A stretch of DNA of 64,000 nucleotides. It comes from Eledone cirrhosa (Eukaryota). Every line of letters begins with the position of its first letter. Positions within the stretch are counted from its first letter, which is position 1. Shown here piece by piece: positions 61,850-64,000 of the stretch. The DNA lies in contig OZ024754.1 of the NCBI GenBank assembly GCA_964016885.1, forward strand, positions 11,966,001-12,030,000. Direction: 5' to 3'. The position numbers and the translations under genes are program-made. The notes beneath the pieces are model-generated. The model was not told the origin of the DNA. It did no database searches and worked only from the letters and a program-made list of their open reading frames with translations.

Positions 61850-61883
61850 TAATTATATATATATATGTGTGTGTATATACATG

Positions 61884-61933
<50 letters not shown>

Positions 61934-62171
61934 CGTAAACACACACACGTATATATATTTATGTATATTTATGTATATATATTTATATTTATGTATATAT
62001 ATATTTATATTTATGTGTATATTTATTAAAATAACAGATTAAAGTTTAAGCAAAGAATCGCTGCTTTCACCCTTAACGGGATCTTCTGAAACTAACAAAG
62101 TCAATCTGTGAACGCAGAAGTGAATATTTCAAAAAACGTTGCACCCGGAGGAAGACAGGAAGACGATACTT

Positions 62172-62860
62172 TGGTTCGTGGAAACGTTCCCTGGCAAAGA
62201 ACGGGAAAAAACGAATATAATACGTCATTAATAGGAGCGGTGAAAAACAATTACACGCAAAGACAAAACCACGTTTATGGTATAAAAGAAGTCGTAGACT
62301 AATATTCTCTTAGGTGGTTCATAGAGACGTTCTCTGGCAATGAACGGAAAAAACGAAGATAATACGTCATATGTGGAGCGTGGAGAACAATTGCACGCAA
62401 AGACAAAACCACGTTTATGGTATAAAAGAAGTCGTAGACTAATATTCTCTTAGGTGGTTCATAGAGACGTTCTCTGGCAATGAACGGAAAAAACGAAGAT
62501 AATACGTCATATGTGGAGCGTGGAGAACAATTGCACGCAAAGACAAAACCACGTTTATGGTATAAAAGAAGTCGTAGACTAATATTCTCTTAGGTGGTTC
62601 ATAGAGACGTTCTCTGGCAATGAACGGAAAAAACGAAGATAATACGTCATATGTGGAGCGTGGAGAACAATTGCACGCAAAGACAAAACCACGTTTATGG
62701 TATAAAAGAAGTCGTAGACTAATATTCTCTTAGGTGGTTCATAGAGACGTTCTCTGGCAATGAACGGAAAAAAACGAAGATAATACGTCATATGTGGAGC
62801 GTAGAGAACAATTGCACGCAAAGACAAAACCACGTAAATGGTATAGCTGAAGTCGTAGAC
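62172..62860. repeat. 140-bp tandem repeat, about 5 units
   Basis: GTCGTAGAC recurs at 62291, 62431, 62571, 62711 and 62852; the internal units are essentially identical. Confidence 0.93.
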
Positions 62861-63214
62861 ACAATTCTAACTAGGAAACCGAATGATTCTCGGCTTCAGA
62901 GTTAAGAATAAAGTAAATAAAATACAGAGATAATTGAAATTAAATAAATACATACATGCATCCACATATATATATTTACACAGATTAGCAATACACTGTA
63001 CAGTAGGAGTTATTTCAAGCATTTACATATGTTTCATTGGAGTGTTTAGGAAGCCTGTCTGGAAATCGCTAGTCCCAATAATCTATCGGAAAAAATCGAA
63101 TTCAAATAAGGTGAAAGATTTTTTTTTTACTCCCGGAACAACAACAGAGTGATGACTTGTATTTGTTAGGATCTTATAAGAGGGGGGGGGGTGTGGAGGG
63201 GAAAAGGAGTAGAC

Positions 63215-64000
63215 TACAATAGCTGTAACAACAACAACAATAGCTGTAACAACAACAATAGCTGTAACAACAACAACAACTATAATAACAACAACAGCTA
63301 TAATAACAACAACTATAACAACAACAGTAATTACAACAACAACAATAGCTCTAACAACAACAACAATATCTACAACAACAACAATAGCTACAACAACAAC
63401 AACAATAGCTACAACAACAACAACTATAGCAACAACAACAACAATAGCTACAACAATAACTATAACAACAACAACAACAACAATAGCTACAACAACAATA
63501 ACTATAACAACAACAACAATAGCTACAACAACAATAACTATAACAACAACAACAATAGCTACAACAACAACAACAAAAATAGGTTCAACAACAATAACTA
63601 CAACAACAACAATAGCTACAACAACAATAACTATAACAACAACAACAATAGCTACAACAACAACAACAACAAAAATAGGTTCAACAACAATAACTACAAC
63701 AACAACAATAGCTACAACAACAATAACTTTAACAACAACAACAATAGCTACAACAACAACAACAACAAAAATAGGTTCAACAACAATAACTACAACAACA
63801 ACAATAGCTACAACAACAATAACTTTAACAACATCAACAATAGCTATAACAACAACAACAACAATAACTACAAGAACAACAATAACAATAGCTACAACAA
63901 CAACAACAACAATAACTATAACAGCAACAACAACAATAACTATAACAACAACAACAACAATAGCTACAACAACAATAACTATAACAACAACAACAACAAT
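63215..64000. repeat. Cryptic (ACA)n repeat with AATAGCT/AATAACT interruptions, running off the window end
   Basis: Read directly. Confidence 0.93.

Overview
AT-rich, microsatellite-saturated animal genomic DNA; the SINE, piggyBac-MITE and (TA)n landscape looks like an octopod cephalopod (inference). There are two host genes, both on the minus strand. The first is the 5' part (coding exons 1-7) of a CYP3-clan cytochrome P450, reconstructed exon by exon from GT-AG sites (13455 to 121, continuing beyond the window start). The second is a single-coding-exon, secreted and probably GPI-anchored leucine-rich-repeat protein (48602 to 46986). Most of the rest is transposon-derived: a nearly full-length but frameshifted Penelope-like retroelement (RT + GIY-YIG, direct pseudo-LTRs), about 20 tRNA-derived SINEs, CR1 and RTE LINE 3' ends, Tc1/mariner, hAT, Merlin-like and piggyBac-like MITEs, and a solo LTR. 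The most striking unannotated signal is more than a dozen type I hammerhead-ribozyme motifs. They sit in short non-coding elements, mostly inserted into (TA)n tracts and often as fold-back palindromes. One family of about 428 nt occurs as circularly permuted copies (8970-9490 vs 34102-34526), the signature of a retrozyme copied from a circular or multimeric RNA. Almost all long ORFs in the supplied track are microsatellite artefacts.
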